A stretch of 64,000 nucleotides of DNA from Lama glama (Eukaryota). Numbering within the stretch: the stretch's first letter is position 1; the number at the start of each line of letters is the position of its first letter. The position numbers were made by a program, and so were the translations under genes. The stretch is taken from the NCBI GenBank assembly GCA_028534125.1, contig CM052817.1, forward strand, positions 15,192,001-15,256,000. The letters are read 5' to 3'. The notes under the pieces are model-generated. The model ran no database searches and was not told where the DNA came from. It worked only from the letters and a program-made list of their open reading frames with translations. This document shows, in pieces, positions 1 through 13,000 of this stretch.

Positions 1-1130
1 AAGAATTGCATGAGAAGGCGTGCTTTGGTATGTCCTACTTGATAATGATGTGTTTTTTCACGTCTCTCTTCATATACTGCAAACATTTCCAGGAAATTCT
101 TCTTTAGGCACCACATGAGACTGATAGCCAGCACATGCATTCTGAGATTCACTTACCTTATTGCAATGTGATTCTCTTACCATCCTGTAATCTTTTAGAG
201 CCTAGTGAAGTGTCAAAGCTTTTACCACTAGCTGATTAGCTTGCATTGCTACCTTATATGGAGTTACATGAATATTTGTCAAATGTTTCCTGCTAATTAT
301 TGGTGAAGTCTAAATGACAGTTCATACTTTGACATCATGCTTGACAGTGAAAAGTAATTGCAAATCATCTGACATAGAGACTAACTGAGGTACTATTTGA
401 TTTTTTTTCCTATAATTTAAATATGATGTCTATGCTTTTTATATGCTCAACTTGTATCTTTGTCTACTAACATGCAATGGATATTGCTTTACAAGCTTGA
501 CTTTCTCTTAATTGAGCCAGGATAAACATTATTTGAGATTGTATACTAACCCCATTTTTACCTGAATGAATTGGGTAAAAATTTGAAGGAAGTAGAGAAT
601 CCAGTATAGATCTCAGTATATTTTTAGAACAGATTGTGGGCAACTGGGTTATAATTCCCATTAACAATACTGGGGTTTAAACATCTATAAATGGTGATAA
701 AATGATGTTCAGGCTTGCCCAGAGTATATTATTTAAGACTTAGCAAGCAGGGCTGTTCATTTCCCAGCAAGTTAGCCAATTATGGATGGGCTTTGACATG
801 CTATTGACTGCTGCATTGCACTTATCAGAACACTCATATCCATTAAGTACAAAAAACAAGGATGACATAACATTATGGTTCTGACACAAATGAACAAAAG
901 AAATTTGAGATCAAAGTCAATGATCTGTCCTTTTACGATTTGCTGGCATAGGCAGAGGAAGTGAATAAGGTAGCTTAAATTGAAGGCAGAATTTCTATTT
1001 TGAGTTAGTATTTCTGCCGTGAATTACAGTTCCTTTCAAGGGGAAAATTAGAGGCATAAATGCCATAGTTTCATTTTAAAGAGGCTCTAGACAGTTCCCC
1101 ATAGGAAGTAATGGGTATAGATAGGGGTGT

Positions 1131-1240
1131 AGACTAGAAGATCCATGAGGTCAGGGGTTGAGTCTGGCTTAGATACTACTATGTTCCCAGCACCTAGTCA
1201 GAGTAGACACTCTGTAAGTATTAGTGGGTTTACAAATAAT
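1131..1240 (+). mobile_element. L2 LINE 3' end fragment
   Basis: agactagaagatccatgaggtcagggg...ttcccagcacctag resembles the L2 3' terminus. Confidence 0.6.
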
Positions 1241-1269
1241 TCTACAAAGATATACTTAGGCACAGCTCA

Positions 1270-2385
1270 CTACTCATCTATTTCAGCATGCAATGCTCAG
1301 CATTAAGGGCTAGATATAGAAGATGGAGAAGTGTATCTTATTTTAAAAATAAGATTTATTTCTAGCTTCCAATCTAGTAAAGTAGGTAGTCAGGAACCAA
1401 ACAAGTAGTAATCAAAAACTGTGTGATTACAAATTGTGAGAAATGTACTGCAGGAAAAGAATTAGAGCTTTGAAGGGTTACTACAAGGGACCCTCATCTT
1501 CACTGAGGAATCAGAGACTTCTCTGATGAAGTGCCATGTCAGCTTAGACCTGAAGGATGGCTAGGAGTTCACTCATTGCATGGTAGAGGCGAGAATGTTT
1601 CCAGCATAGGGAAAAGCCTGTGCAAATGTCCTAAGGTTGGAAAGAGCGTGGCATGTTCAAGAAATTGAAGGAAGCAACCCAGTGTGTCTGGAGAATACTG
1701 AGAGGGAGGGCAGCATGAGGAGAGAATGGAGGGGCATGAGGAACTTGTGTGTCATGCAAAGTTTTGGAACTGATGCCAAGGTTTCTGATCAAATATTGAA
1801 TGGCTTTATGTACATGCCTAGGAATACTATGACCTGCTATGGATTTGATAAATAGCTGTCAGCTTTGTGGACAGTGGAATAGAAGAGCAGAAAAGAAGTA
1901 TCACTTTGGAGGCAACTGCAGAACCCTGAGAAAGAGATGATGGTGGCTTGGACTAAGAAGGTGATCTTGGAGGGAGAGATAAGCAGACATACTTGATTTA
2001 TAATTAGAAGATAGAGTCAATAAAACCTGCTGATGTTGGTAAAGAAATGTTGAAAGAGAAGAAGGCACTGATTTATGATGCAATCATTTGGGAAAATGCA
2101 AGTTAGTTTCAGTGGATGAGAAGCATATGTTTGTGGGACACATGCAAAGTTTGAGATGCTTGTGTGTTGATTTTCCAAGTGTAAGGTAAAGTAGGCCATT
2201 GGAGGTTAGAAGAAAAGTCTAGGCTGAAGATATAAATTTGGAAGTAGCAATATTTAGAGGCATTTAGAATCATATGATTGGTACAGTTCCTTAGAGAGGC
2301 AGTAGCATGGAAATATAAGGCATCTCAGGATTGAGTCCTGACATTACTCAGGCGAGCATAGGAAGAGGAGCTAGAAAATGCAGAT
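1270..2385 (-). mobile_element. L2 LINE fragment (~1.1 kb)
   Basis: Purine-rich antisense L2 landmarks in order: agacctgaaggatg, ccagcatagggaaaagcctgtgcaaatgtcctaagg, ctaggctgaagatataaatttggaagt. Confidence 0.85.
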
Positions 2386-2911
2386 GATTGCTGCAAAATA
2401 TTTACATATTCATAGACAATGTGGACCACAGGCACTTCAATTCAATGACTCTTTACCTGAGGCTCATAATATCCAGGGAATGTGTCTGTGAATAGGCATC
2501 AGGCAGTCTTAACCATGTGACAATTCCATGAGAAATTCTTTAAATTTGTACACGGATACTTTTCTGAAACTATTAATCCACAAAAGCTGTCTAGGTTTCT
2601 ATTCACTAGATTCCTTGACTTCATTTATTTCCCAAATCTTACTTCTTCAAAATTTTCACCCTTCAGAAAAGAAGTTCTAAATATTATGTATTCCTTTCTA
2701 AAAAGATAATTTATGAAACACACTTGTGAATAAAACACACATATTCTTATGCTGAGTGATGGATTGGTAATTTATTAGGGAAAGCACTCAGGCCCCAGGA
2801 CTTCTGCTTTTAAGAAAAATTACTCAACATACAACACATGTAATTTTACAAACACAATTTTTAAAAACTCCCAGCACCATGATTCCATCATGGTTTGTAG
2901 CATACCACAGT

Positions 2912-2985
2912 CTAATATATATATATACAATATAAATATATAATGTAAATATAAATTATATATATAAATATTATATATATATATA
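2912..2985. repeat. (TA)n-rich low-complexity tract
   Basis: Almost purely A/T, alternating. Confidence 0.9.
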
Positions 2986-3884
2986 GCATCATTGCATTTT
3001 TCTCTGCAGAATATTCTAAATGCTACTGTACTTCACCAAGCTACAGTCAATATGCCAAATTGCACAATTCCTGTGGACCATGATAATGTGCTAGAGTTGC
3101 TTTAAAACAATGCCTACAAACATGATAAAACAGCTTTGACATTCAGTACAACAATATTGAGTTCCTTCATATGGCTGTCATGCTTCTATTAAAAGTTTTG
3201 AATGAATTAAGAGATAAGTAAGTCAGTCCTCTCCAGGCACAGAATGACTCAAGGAAAAAGAGACTAAGCATGTGGTCCCGTGGAAGTCTGTTTTGCTCTC
3301 TTAAGAGAGAGGAAAACCTGGAAGAGAATTGAGGGGGGCTATTGGCATATGAAGATGACTAGAGTCAAACACCAAGTAAACAAAATAGACACTAGCAATA
3401 AATTTCAGAAAACTGAACTACTGAAAAAAAAGTGCTGAAAGCCAGGATGCAGGCTTTGAACATATTATTACTGTTTGAAACATAAAATGGCCTTTCAGTT
3501 CCCATTTCCCTAGCGGGCTGAGAGGGTTGAGGGTACATTCTTATTGAGACACGACCGACTGAGGAGGACAATGAACCAGGAAGTCCCTCCCAGACGCTTT
3601 GGACCAGCACTTCTGCATGCTTCCAGGTCCTCCCCTTTCTAAACAGAAGTGATTTTTGCTTTTGCCGTCCCTATTTCTGATGAAATAAACATCAGGTCGA
3701 TAGTGAACAATCTGGTTTTTTGCTTTTTTTTTCCTTTTTTGTTTTGTTTTGTTTTAAGTTTACAGGACTCTGCTTTAAGTGAAGCCCCACCCATGCATTT
3801 TGCAGACCAGGAGATCCAAGAATTGCCCCGATGCTGTGACTGAGTGAGACCTTAAGAGTGTATTCATAGAACGGTGTAAGTAGA

Positions 3885-4314
3885 TGCAATAGATTGTATC
3901 ATTACTCCTGACTATTTGCCCCTCCCTTCCCTATACAATGATTATACATAGTCATCCTCAGCCACTGCCCTTTATGTGGGAAAGCGCACTGCTTTCCCCG
4001 CCGATGTTGGAAGTGGCCACGTGGTGCGCTTTGGCCAGTTGATGTGGGTTGGCTTGACTGAGGCCTCATGCCAGCAGAGGCTTTAGAGTTACTTGGAGTT
4101 TCCCCCAACTCTCTTGCTCTTTTCCCTTTGTCGTTAGGAACGTGTGTCCCGGCAAGAGGCTGTTCACCTGAACCATGGAATCAGAAGACTTATGCCATAG
4201 AGACACAGTAGCTGACCTGCAGCCACCAGCATGTAAAGCGAGTGAGAACTAAATCTTTTTGTAAGCTGCTGAACTTATGGTGAGTTATGTTAGTCACTAA
4301 GGCTGACCAATGGA
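3885..4314 (+). mobile_element. ERVL-MaLR solo LTR (MLT1I/J-like)
   Basis: ggccacgtggtgcgctttggccagttga and 3' tgtaagctgctgaacttatggtgagttatgttag...gctgaccaat match old MLT1 LTR architecture. Confidence 0.7.
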
Positions 4315-5746
4315 AACGGGTTATTCTTAGGGTCCCAGGAGGTAGAATAAAATTTTTTAGTCTGAAAAACACTGCTTGAATTTTAAATAATCAGGAAAAG
4401 AAAATTTTCCCTATGGCATAGATGTCTTTTTCTCCTCTATGGTATTCCAATCTTGCTCTGTTTTCATATAAGAGGTTTTATTTATTTCAATTTTGATCCT
4501 TTTGGGAGACATATCCTCCCCAGATTCTTATATAAGCTGTCTTATTTCCTCTGGCATCATTTGCTTGTTTTTCATTGTTACATGGAAGAAATAGTTGGAG
4601 GATTTTGACCCGGTTTTAAATCTATTTCTGCTCCTTGCCAGCAGCATGACAGCTGGGCCGTCAGAGGGCGAGACTGAGCTCGCGGTAAGGACAGTATCAC
4701 AGCAAAACGTGATCAATACTGTGGTTGCTATTCTTCTCTCTCTAGGGACAACTTTGCATACTTTGTAATCCTGGTGAAACTTCAAGCATGTTCCAAACTC
4801 TCTACTTTTCAACCATCAGTCTCCCTGTAGATATTACCTAAAGAACATTTCAAAACCATTTGTTCCTGGTATAACCTTTTAGAAGTGTCCCTCTTCACCT
4901 CTATTCTCAGTATCTGGTCTCCGTTGTTTTCTTCAGTCCAGTCTTATTATAAGAAATCACGTGGTGGTGGTTCCTAGCTGTTTGGTGGGTTTGGCTCTCA
5001 AATTTGAAGTCCTTTTATTTGTACCCAGTGAAGGGTATGTCGTAGTCTATTGAGTTCCTGTATGTCCATGTTTCTTTCCCTTTTCCTCCCTGCTTTATTA
5101 GATCTGGAGACTTCATAACTCATACGTGTCAGTACTCCCGGGCGGCTTTTGGTGAGATGCCCAGTGTTTCTGCACCAGCACCTCTTCCCAGTGAGACAGT
5201 GCGAAGAAACGCTGGTGGGGGAAGAGGGAGACATGAAGCCCCTAGTTTCTCAGCAGGATTGCTGCTTTTAATTCTGAAACTATTAACTCTGCTTCTCTCA
5301 AGTCCTTTTTTCAGTCCATTTTCTCCTCTGTACAATGTACAATGCAAATAAATTTTTGGAATAATTCACTTAAAAATGTAACATATGTATATGAAGGTTT
5401 TATTTTGATTTCAGTTAATGACAGATTTTCTTCTTCAGAGATTTTTTTTACACCCTTAATGGGCAAATCATATGATTTTTTCCTTCTTGGGCCTATCTAA
5501 GGAGGACTTGAATTATATGTTCATTTAACTTATGCGAATTCAGCTATTCTCATTCAGCAAGAATAGACACAAAGAAAGAGAGATGACACACAGATGAGAC
5601 AGAGATGGATAAATTTGCTTCATCAACAGAAGCAACAGTAATGTGTTTCAGTGCTTGAATGTTGCACTTGCTGAGAGATGATATGTCAACAACATCCTAA
5701 AGGAATTTCAGGGGTAGTTTTTAGCTTCATGAGATTTTTAAACTGC

Positions 5747-6096
5747 TGTCTTAGTCTGTTTGGGCTATAGCAAAATACCACAGACTGTGTAGCATATAAA
5801 CAACAGAAATTTATTTCTCACAGTTTTGGAAGTTGGGAGTTTAAAATCAGGGTGGCCAGCATGGTTGGCTCAGGGTCCTCTGCCCAGTTACACACCTCTT
5901 ATAATCTCACAGGTCTTAAGGGGCAAGGAAACCCTGTGGGGGGGTCTCTTTATAAGGGCACTAATGCCATTCATGGGGGCTCCACCCTCATGACCTAAAT
6001 GACCTCTCAAAGGCTCCACCTACAATACCATCACCTTTGGTGGCTAGGATTTCAACATTTGAATTTTGAGGGGACACAGACACTCAGACCATAGTA
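5747..6096 (-). mobile_element. MaLR solo LTR (MLT1A/A0-like)
   Basis: tgtcttagtc...aaacaacagaaatttatttctcacag...ctccaccctcatgacctaa...cagaccatagta; flanks actgc/cctgc give a 4/5 target-site duplication. Confidence 0.9.
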
Positions 6097-6227
6097 CCTG
6101 CTCAGGATAGGTGTCAACTCTGTATAGGATGCAGGTCCTCTGCCCTTCATTGGCACCTGTAGAACCTTGGGCAAGTGTATGTCTTCTGTTTCTCCACTCA
6201 GGGTGCTCATAATGTGTTTTGCAAGGT

Positions 6228-6415
6228 CATTTATTGAATGCCTACAAGGTACCATGCACTTTACATATGTGCATACATCACTGCCTGTCTTGTAATATAA
6301 ACTTTATTTGTTCCATTCCCCTCTAATGAAATGGAAAGTTAAAGATATTTACTAACTTGCCCAGTGCCACATGGAGCAAAATTCTTGCTGAAGTGGCATA
6401 TTTCAAACTCACATA
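6228..6415 (-). mobile_element. MIR SINE fragment
   Basis: catttattgaatgcctac...taacttgcccagtgccaca. Confidence 0.6.
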
Positions 6416-6434
6416 TAATCATTTTCAGGTTCAG

Positions 6435-7135
6435 CAGGATAAAGTACAAGATTTTTTAGTATGGCCTACAGGAATCTTCACCATCTCCCACTCCCTGCAT
6501 CTGCACCCTCATCACCTCCCCCTGTTACATCGCTCATATGCCTACTGCTGAGAAATACCCGTCTTCTTTCCCCATGCCGTGCTGCCCCGTTCTGTCTGCA
6601 GGACATGCTTCACTATGCATGCTAACTGCCACACATCCTTTAGGGTTTAAGACACCATGGACACAGAGTGATTAAGAACACAGCCCACAGCTCTGTCATC
6701 CTCTTGTTATGTGCCTTTGGGCAAGTTATTCAATTTCCCCATGCCTCAGCTTCCCTATTTGTAAAACAGTGATAAAAGCACATTACAGGATTGTTGGGAG
6801 GATTAAATGAGTTAAGATATGCAAGTACCTGGAACAGTACCTGGCATAGGGTGAAGCATAATGCTAGTGTTTGTTCTTATTAGATTTGTCTCAGATACCA
6901 CCTCCTCCAGGGAGCTTTCCTTGACTCCCACTCTTCTCTCTATCATACTGGATTTGGTGCTTCTTTTATAATCATCTAAATATTAACTTGTTTTAGAATT
7001 ATCTGTTTAGATGTCTGTCTCTACCACTATATTGAGTTTCTTGAGGTCAGGGAACAACTTATTTTTGAACAGCCAACATATAGCATATTAACTGATACAT
7101 AATAGATATTACAAAATGATTGACAAATAAGTAAT
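6435..7135 (+). mobile_element. L2 3' region interrupted by a MIR
   Basis: L2 sequence stops at tcctttagg (~6645), resumes at cacctcctccagggagctttcc and runs to the L2 3' end. Confidence 0.7.
6658..6883 (+). mobile_element. MIR SINE nested in L2
   Basis: Core ttgggcaagttattcaatttccccatgcctcagcttccctatttgtaaaa...gaggattaaatgagttaa. Confidence 0.85.
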
Positions 7136-7159
7136 AATTTATATTCATCTTGTTCTTAT

Positions 7160-7390
7160 TAAAACTAACCTTTATGGGCTACCTACTATGTGTTAGGCAC
7201 TATTTTAAGCACTTTGCACACATTCTTTAATTTAAGCTTTCTAAACAAATCCCATGCAGGTAGGTATTACAATTAACTCCATTTTACAGAAGAGAATAGA
7301 GTGATTAAATCATATGCACAGGGTGTCAATCATTAGCATCTATGGGAATAAGAATTTAAACCAAACCATCAGATCCAATTCACATTATTA
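7160..7390 (-). mobile_element. MIR SINE
   Basis: cctactatgtgttaggcactattttaagcacttt...ccattttacagaagag. Confidence 0.8.
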
Positions 7391-8124
7391 GATGTTTTTA
7401 GTGACTGCTTTCAAATGAGTTTAAAGGGGAAAGGGAGGGAAGGAGGGAAACACGAGGGAAAAGAAGAAGAGAACTGGAAATCCATAGTCTTGCCTGACAT
7501 CATATGAGTCTTTATGGAATTGCCTTCACTGAGTTATGGATTTATGTTAGATTCTTGGCTTTTTACAAAAGTGATTATAGAAAATAACCATGCGGAATTC
7601 TCCTCTTGCTGTGAAAATTTATTTGTGATTATTGCTTATTATATCATTTAATTCTTCTGCATAATATCCCACATAAGAAAAATCATTTCTGAGTTTGTTT
7701 CCAGTAAAACCTTAGTGTCTCTTGAGGCTCTAGCATGTTTCATTCTATCTGACCATTAACATTATGTAACTAGCTTCGCTTTGGCTGCTGGGAAACTTGG
7801 AGCCAGACTTTAGGCTTGGCCACAGAAATTATCCTGACCTTCTGATTGGAATGGTTTGTTTTTCTCCTCTGACCATCTTTCCATCTTGAACTTTTATTCC
7901 TATATAATTGATTGCATTATACTTGTCTCTTCTGGTAGCTGGCTATTATTACTTTATAGAAAGAGGCAGACATAGTGCAATTAAATATGTTGAGGTTAAA
8001 TATCTGCATTAGATGACAACTCCCACTCTGTCATCTGTGGCTTGATGTCATGTAGAACATTGCACACAGTATCCAATATACTTTTTGTCCATCTTAAAAA
8101 TAATTGGATGCTAACAGTCTTTTG

Positions 8125-8235
8125 TAGAGCAGGTTCAGAGAGTTTCAGGACTTTGCCCCAAATCACAAAACTAATTAATAAGTTGCAGAGTCCAGGGACA
8201 AATCAAGAACTTTCAACTCTATGTTGCTGCCTTGA
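8125..8235 (-). mobile_element. MIR fragment
   Basis: gttcagagag...actttgccccaaatcacaaaactaat. Confidence 0.5.
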
Positions 8236-8429
8236 TGGCCATTATTTCTAGTCTCCTGAGGGCCATCTCAAATTAGGGGACTGTGCCTCCCACAACACAT
8301 TATAAGATCACTGCTAGAAATGGGGTGCTAAGTTTGATAGAACAGTATAGTGACTTAGTATTGTGATATTTGATCCCTTATGCAATCTAAATAGCTTAGT
8401 TAACTTATTTAACTCCTACTTTTGGCTTT

Positions 8430-9560
8430 TTAAAAATTATTTTTGTATTGAGGTATGATTGACCTATAACATTCTATAAGTTTGAAGGGTACCAATTTTG
8501 GTTTGATACATTTATATATTGCGATACGATTCTACTTTCAGCTTTCAAAAATAGATTTCTTCCATCACAAAAGTTATAAATAACCGTTATAGAAAATGTT
8601 GAAATCCAGTAAATAAGAAAGAAGAGAGAAAAAAATTACTTTTCAGAATAAACCACTGTTAACATTTAACATTTTAATTTTTTTCCTATGTGTAATTATT
8701 TTTTAAACTTTTCATGGTTGTGAACATACTATTTTTCTACTCTAATTTCTTCCATAAGGTACAATAGGTATTCCTCCATGTTATTATCAGCACTTTACAA
8801 TAGAATTTTAAATAGCTACAGACTAATTAGAAAAGTAACTCATGATAATTCCCTTAACCTTCTCTCTCTTGTTGAGCATTGAGCTTGTCTTTAATATTCA
8901 TAATGTTGCAATAACTGTCTTGGTGCATGTAACCCTTTTGTATTCAAGTTACTGCTTTAGGTCAAATTAGCAAAGATCTGATTACTTAACCCAGAGTTAG
9001 GTGGTGTGATATGGTGGACAAAGCATGGGCTTTGTGCTAGAGAGACTTGGATTGGAATCCTGTTTCTGCTTCTCACTGGCTCTGAGGCTTGGACAAATGA
9101 CTTAACTCACAGATCCTTTGGGTTTTTGTTTATAGAAGGGGAATGCTCATATCTGCCTCACAGTGTTCTTAAGTGTTACATGAAATGGTGTATATAGAAC
9201 TCTTCAGTAACATTTAAGGTTTTGATGCCTACTATTGCATTATTCTCCAGATGGTTGCTCCAAGCCACATTCTCACAAGTAAGGTGTGAAAAAAATTCCC
9301 GTTTCAAGACACCCTTCCTGATATTTTTTCTTTATAATGATTTGATAGGGGTAGTGTCTTGTTATTTTTCCAGTCCTACTGCTTTGCTTCTCAGGGAGCA
9401 TGAGTATATTCTCATAGATGGTTACCATGTTGATTGGGGTTGCTTACTGACTTAGGATAATTTTTTCTTCTTCAGAAAAGACATTTTATGTTTGAAAGTG
9501 TTATTGCTCCTAGTTTACCTTTTCTTTTATCGTGAAATTTAAAATGCCTATTTCTTAACA
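8430..9560 (-). mobile_element. Old L1 3' end fragments (short L1MA-like piece, then L1ME-like) interrupted by a MIR
   Basis: attgaggtatgattgacctataaca; aaccactgttaacattt; ataatgttgcaataactgtcttggtgcat; L1 resumes after 9205. Confidence 0.6.
9000..9205 (+). mobile_element. MIR SINE nested in L1
   Basis: ggtggacaaagcatgggctttg...ttggacaaatgacttaac...cctcacagtgttctt. Confidence 0.8.
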
Positions 9561-9871
9561 TACTCTAGTTTTTCTTCCTCTCTTTACATAAAGCCTTGTG
9601 CGTACAGGATAACTCAAAGGGCTGGTTCTTTCCCACACATGAGACATTTTGAGCCTATGCTTGGTTGATTATTGGTGGGATTATCAATGGGACCTGATGA
9701 AATATTACCTGCATGGCTCCAATCTTAATGGCTTACTTAGAGTCATTTACTATTTGCAAGAAATTCTGTCTAATACTTTATGTCTATAGGTATGATTTTT
9801 TGTCATGTTTATTTTGGTTTAGCAAGCATTTATTGAATGTATACTATTTACCAGCCATTGTGTTACCCTCT

Positions 9872-10595
9872 AGTTAGTAGTTCCATGGATCCTAAACACT
9901 GAGGATAGAAATCAATGTGATCTGCGCACTTGGGCAGGAAAAATAAATCTATCTTTTCCCCACTAATCTCTTAACTAGCTAATTACTAATTCTCTCAGCT
10001 GCAAATGGAAAGCAACAAATTCTAGCAATTATAGCAGTGTCTGTGATTTTGTCACCATTAGGTATCACAAATATTTTATTACCAAATTACAGTAATTGTT
10101 GATATCTAGAAATGTTTTCTTTCTTTCCATGGTTGAACTTTGAACAATGCAAGGGGTTAATATGAACATAATTTACAGTCGATGCTCTCCATCTGTGGTT
10201 TCTCTGCATCCAAGGATTCAACCAACCATGGACTGTGTAGCATTGTAGTATTTTAGTACTTACTTTTGAAAAAATCTGTGTGTAAGTGAACCTGCACAGT
10301 TCAAACCTACAAATTATCTGTATTTCAAAAATATGTTAGTTCTTTGATTTACTGTTAGATTTTATTTTGTGATGTGTTGCTAAAAAAGAACACACATTAC
10401 TATATCAAAGATTTTTCTTTAACTATTTCTAAGACTGGTTAATATATAAACATGCAAATGTTGCCGTAATTCTTTTCACTTGTAGTCCTATGAATTTTAT
10501 TTATGCATTTGAAAACTTTATTCTGAGAATATGATTTTCCACAGGTTTCATCAGCTTGACAAAAGCATAGCACAGAAATGGTCAAAAAAATCCTG
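9872..10595. mobile_element. hAT-Charlie relic (Charlie4-like)
   Basis: tgtgattttgtcacca...tcacaaatatttt and tatgcatttgaaaactttattctgagaa...gcacagaaatggtcaaaaaaatcctg resemble Charlie4a. Confidence 0.6.
10128..10322. mobile_element. Tigger2-derived MITE nested in the Charlie relic
   Basis: ggttgaactttgaacaa...ggattcaaccaaccatgga...taagtgaacctgcacagttcaaacct. Confidence 0.7.
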
Positions 10596-10739
10596 ATTTG
10601 GTGAATAAAGTATTTATAAAGTCATCATAACTTAAATTCTTTGGATTTTCCACATGCCTTCTATACCTAATACAGATTTTCTTTTGGGGAGTAGTGCTTC
10701 TTGGATATCCTTTATTCTTTGTAACATGACTTCAAAATC

Positions 10740-10960
10740 ATAAATGTGTATTGAACTCTTACCATGAGTGTCAGATGCTTCACTTTAACCCCATTATCTC
10801 ATTTAATTCTTCAGATTGTGCTGTAAGATGGGTACTATTATTTCCCTCATTTAGTAAATGATGAAACTGAGTATCAGAGATATTAAGTAACTTGTCAATT
10901 CACAATGCTGTTGAGTGGAAGAGACTTCTTGGACAGGTTCCGAGATCCATGATCTGCAAC
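10740..10960 (-). mobile_element. MIR SINE (copy A of a local duplication)
   Basis: attatctcatttaattcttca...atgatgaaactgagtatcagagatattaagtaacttg. Confidence 0.85.
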
Positions 10961-11093
10961 ATGGCCTCATTAAGCCAAGAATCAATAGATGTAATTAATT
11001 TTAATCAAAACCCGCTGAACAGCCTAGCCCCTATCCTGTTATCACGAGAATCCCAAGAATTAATAAGAGAATGATGTACTTCCCTCTTCATCA

Positions 11094-11619
11094 TGTAGAG
11101 GAGATTCTGTGCTGATCACTCTTCATTGTCCCTTCAGATTCATTCTTTGCCCTTCTCATCCCTGCACTCTGCCCCAAAACTCTGATATCAAGAATGGCAT
11201 CATTTGGGCTCCACTTTTCTCTACTTCTATTTGGATTCTGCTAATTGAATGCTTACTGGCAAGAAATTGGAGGTGGGTGAGGGAATGCTATCAATATTTC
11301 TTTCTTACTTTCACCTGTTGGGCCATGTTTTTTTTTGTAGTCACTGTGTTTCTTTTTCTATGGCCACAGAACCTGTGTAGAGATTCCTTATCTCTTGCTA
11401 TGACTTTTTTTGAGTACTAGTAGCATCATTCCCTCCCCTGCCCCTTGAGATCTCAGTTGGTGACAGCTTCTTGTTATTGCTAGTCTCTGGGTGCTCCATC
11501 ACCTCTAGTTGGTATCCTTGACCCTCTTTTTCTCTCTGCAAATAATGACTTCATTGAGCTTTCTCCAATTAACCCTTTGTATGGACCATCTGATTCTTAT
11601 CAGCAGCCCAATTGCTACA
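11094..11619 (+). mobile_element. ERVL solo LTR (LTR33-like)
   Basis: TG...CA ends; cccttcagattcattctttgcccttctcatccctgcactctgcccc and gacagcttcttgttattgctagtctctgggtgc match LTR33. Confidence 0.75.
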
Positions 11620-11774
11620 GTTTCCTTTTGTTGATGGAATGGCCAATACCTGTCCATAGAAACAGAAAATTGCTTTTGATTTTCTCTTCGCTAAACATTT
11701 TCATTCTTCTGTATGAAGATTTTCCTATTTGATAAAAGTATGTTTTGATGGATGAGCAACTGAGGCCGGGAGAA

Positions 11775-11975
11775 GGAGCAGTGGAAATAATACTAGGCTA
11801 AATCCAAAAACCATGTCTACGTTTGTATCTATTCATCTTCCTAATGAAAACTTGAGCAAATTTTAGAACCGCAGTAAGAGTCAATTTCTTTATAATGGCA
11901 AGGACCAAAAAGATGCCTGTCGGAAAGCTGTATGAGGAATGAATGAGATAATCCAATGAAAAGACTGCATTCTAC
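11775..11975 (+). mobile_element. Highly decayed MIR
   Basis: tgtatgaggaatgaatgagataat tail motif. Confidence 0.45.
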
Positions 11976-11979
11976 AAAG

Positions 11980-12005
11980 ATATATATATATATATATATA
12001 TATAT
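11980..12005. repeat. (AT)n microsatellite
   Basis: Direct read. Confidence 0.95.
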
Positions 12006-12185
12006 TTAAGGCATTTTAAACTTAACTAATTGCTTACACACTGTGTTAAAAATAAATAATAGATTTAGGGGCACAATAATTGGACATTTTATAAAAGTGA
12101 CTTAATACTGTATATTGTACATCCAGAAATCTAGGGGCTATCATATTCATGGGCACCTTTTTTCTTTCTAACATGACTTTAAAAT

Positions 12186-12372
12186 ATAAATGTGTATTGA
12201 ATTCTTACCATGTGTGTCAGATACTTCTCTTTACCTCCATTATCTCAATTATTTCTTCAGAAAGTGCTGTGAGAGGAGTACTATTACTTTCCTCATTTAG
12301 CAGGTGATGAAACTAAGGCTCAGGGAAGTTAAGTAACTTGCCTACTCACAGTGCTGTTGAGTGGAGGAAACT
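12186..12372 (-). mobile_element. MIR SINE (copy B of a local duplication)
   Basis: gtgatgaaactaaggctcagggaagttaagtaacttgcc. Confidence 0.85.
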
Positions 12373-12619
12373 CACCCCAGTGCTAGCAGACTGCCTGGCT
12401 CATATTAGCTGCTCAGTAAACATTTCAAGAGGTACTCACTAAATGCCTAAGGAATGGTGCCTAGTCTCAAATATCTCACTGCCTTGCAAAAAAAAAAAAA
12501 AAAAAAGACTGAAAAGCACATAGCTGTGAAATGATTTATCTAAATAGGAGGGTACTAGACTCATTCTGACCAGCAGGAGGAAAAACATGAAAGAATAAGA
12601 TGGAATGGCATATGTAAAA

Positions 12620-13000
12620 TGACCTGGTGTGACTCTAACACAGAATGATTGTGAGAAAGAGGTGCTAGAAATAGTGCAAGCTCAGGCAAAGTTACTGAGG
12701 GGGAAATAGGAACATAGATACAAAATAGGCTTACAGGTCAAGATGGAAAAATTGGATTAACCAAATGAAAGAGAGAGACAGACAACGCAATTAAGGAGAG
12801 GGTCAGAAGTTCTGACTTGGATTACTGCATGGCTGGCTGCACTCAGCTGATACCAGGACAAGCTTTAAAGTTGGGTGTCATAATTTGAGTTCAGACCTAT
12901 AACAGGAAAAATCAGTGGGATACATAAACAGAGATGTTTGGCAAACTTTGAAAAATCTGGGTCTAGAACTTGGAGACATGTTAGGACTGCAGAAATATAA
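12620..13000 (-). mobile_element. Decayed L2 fragment
   Basis: tgagttcaga...atctgggtctagaacttggagacatgttaggactgcagaaatataa. Confidence 0.5.
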
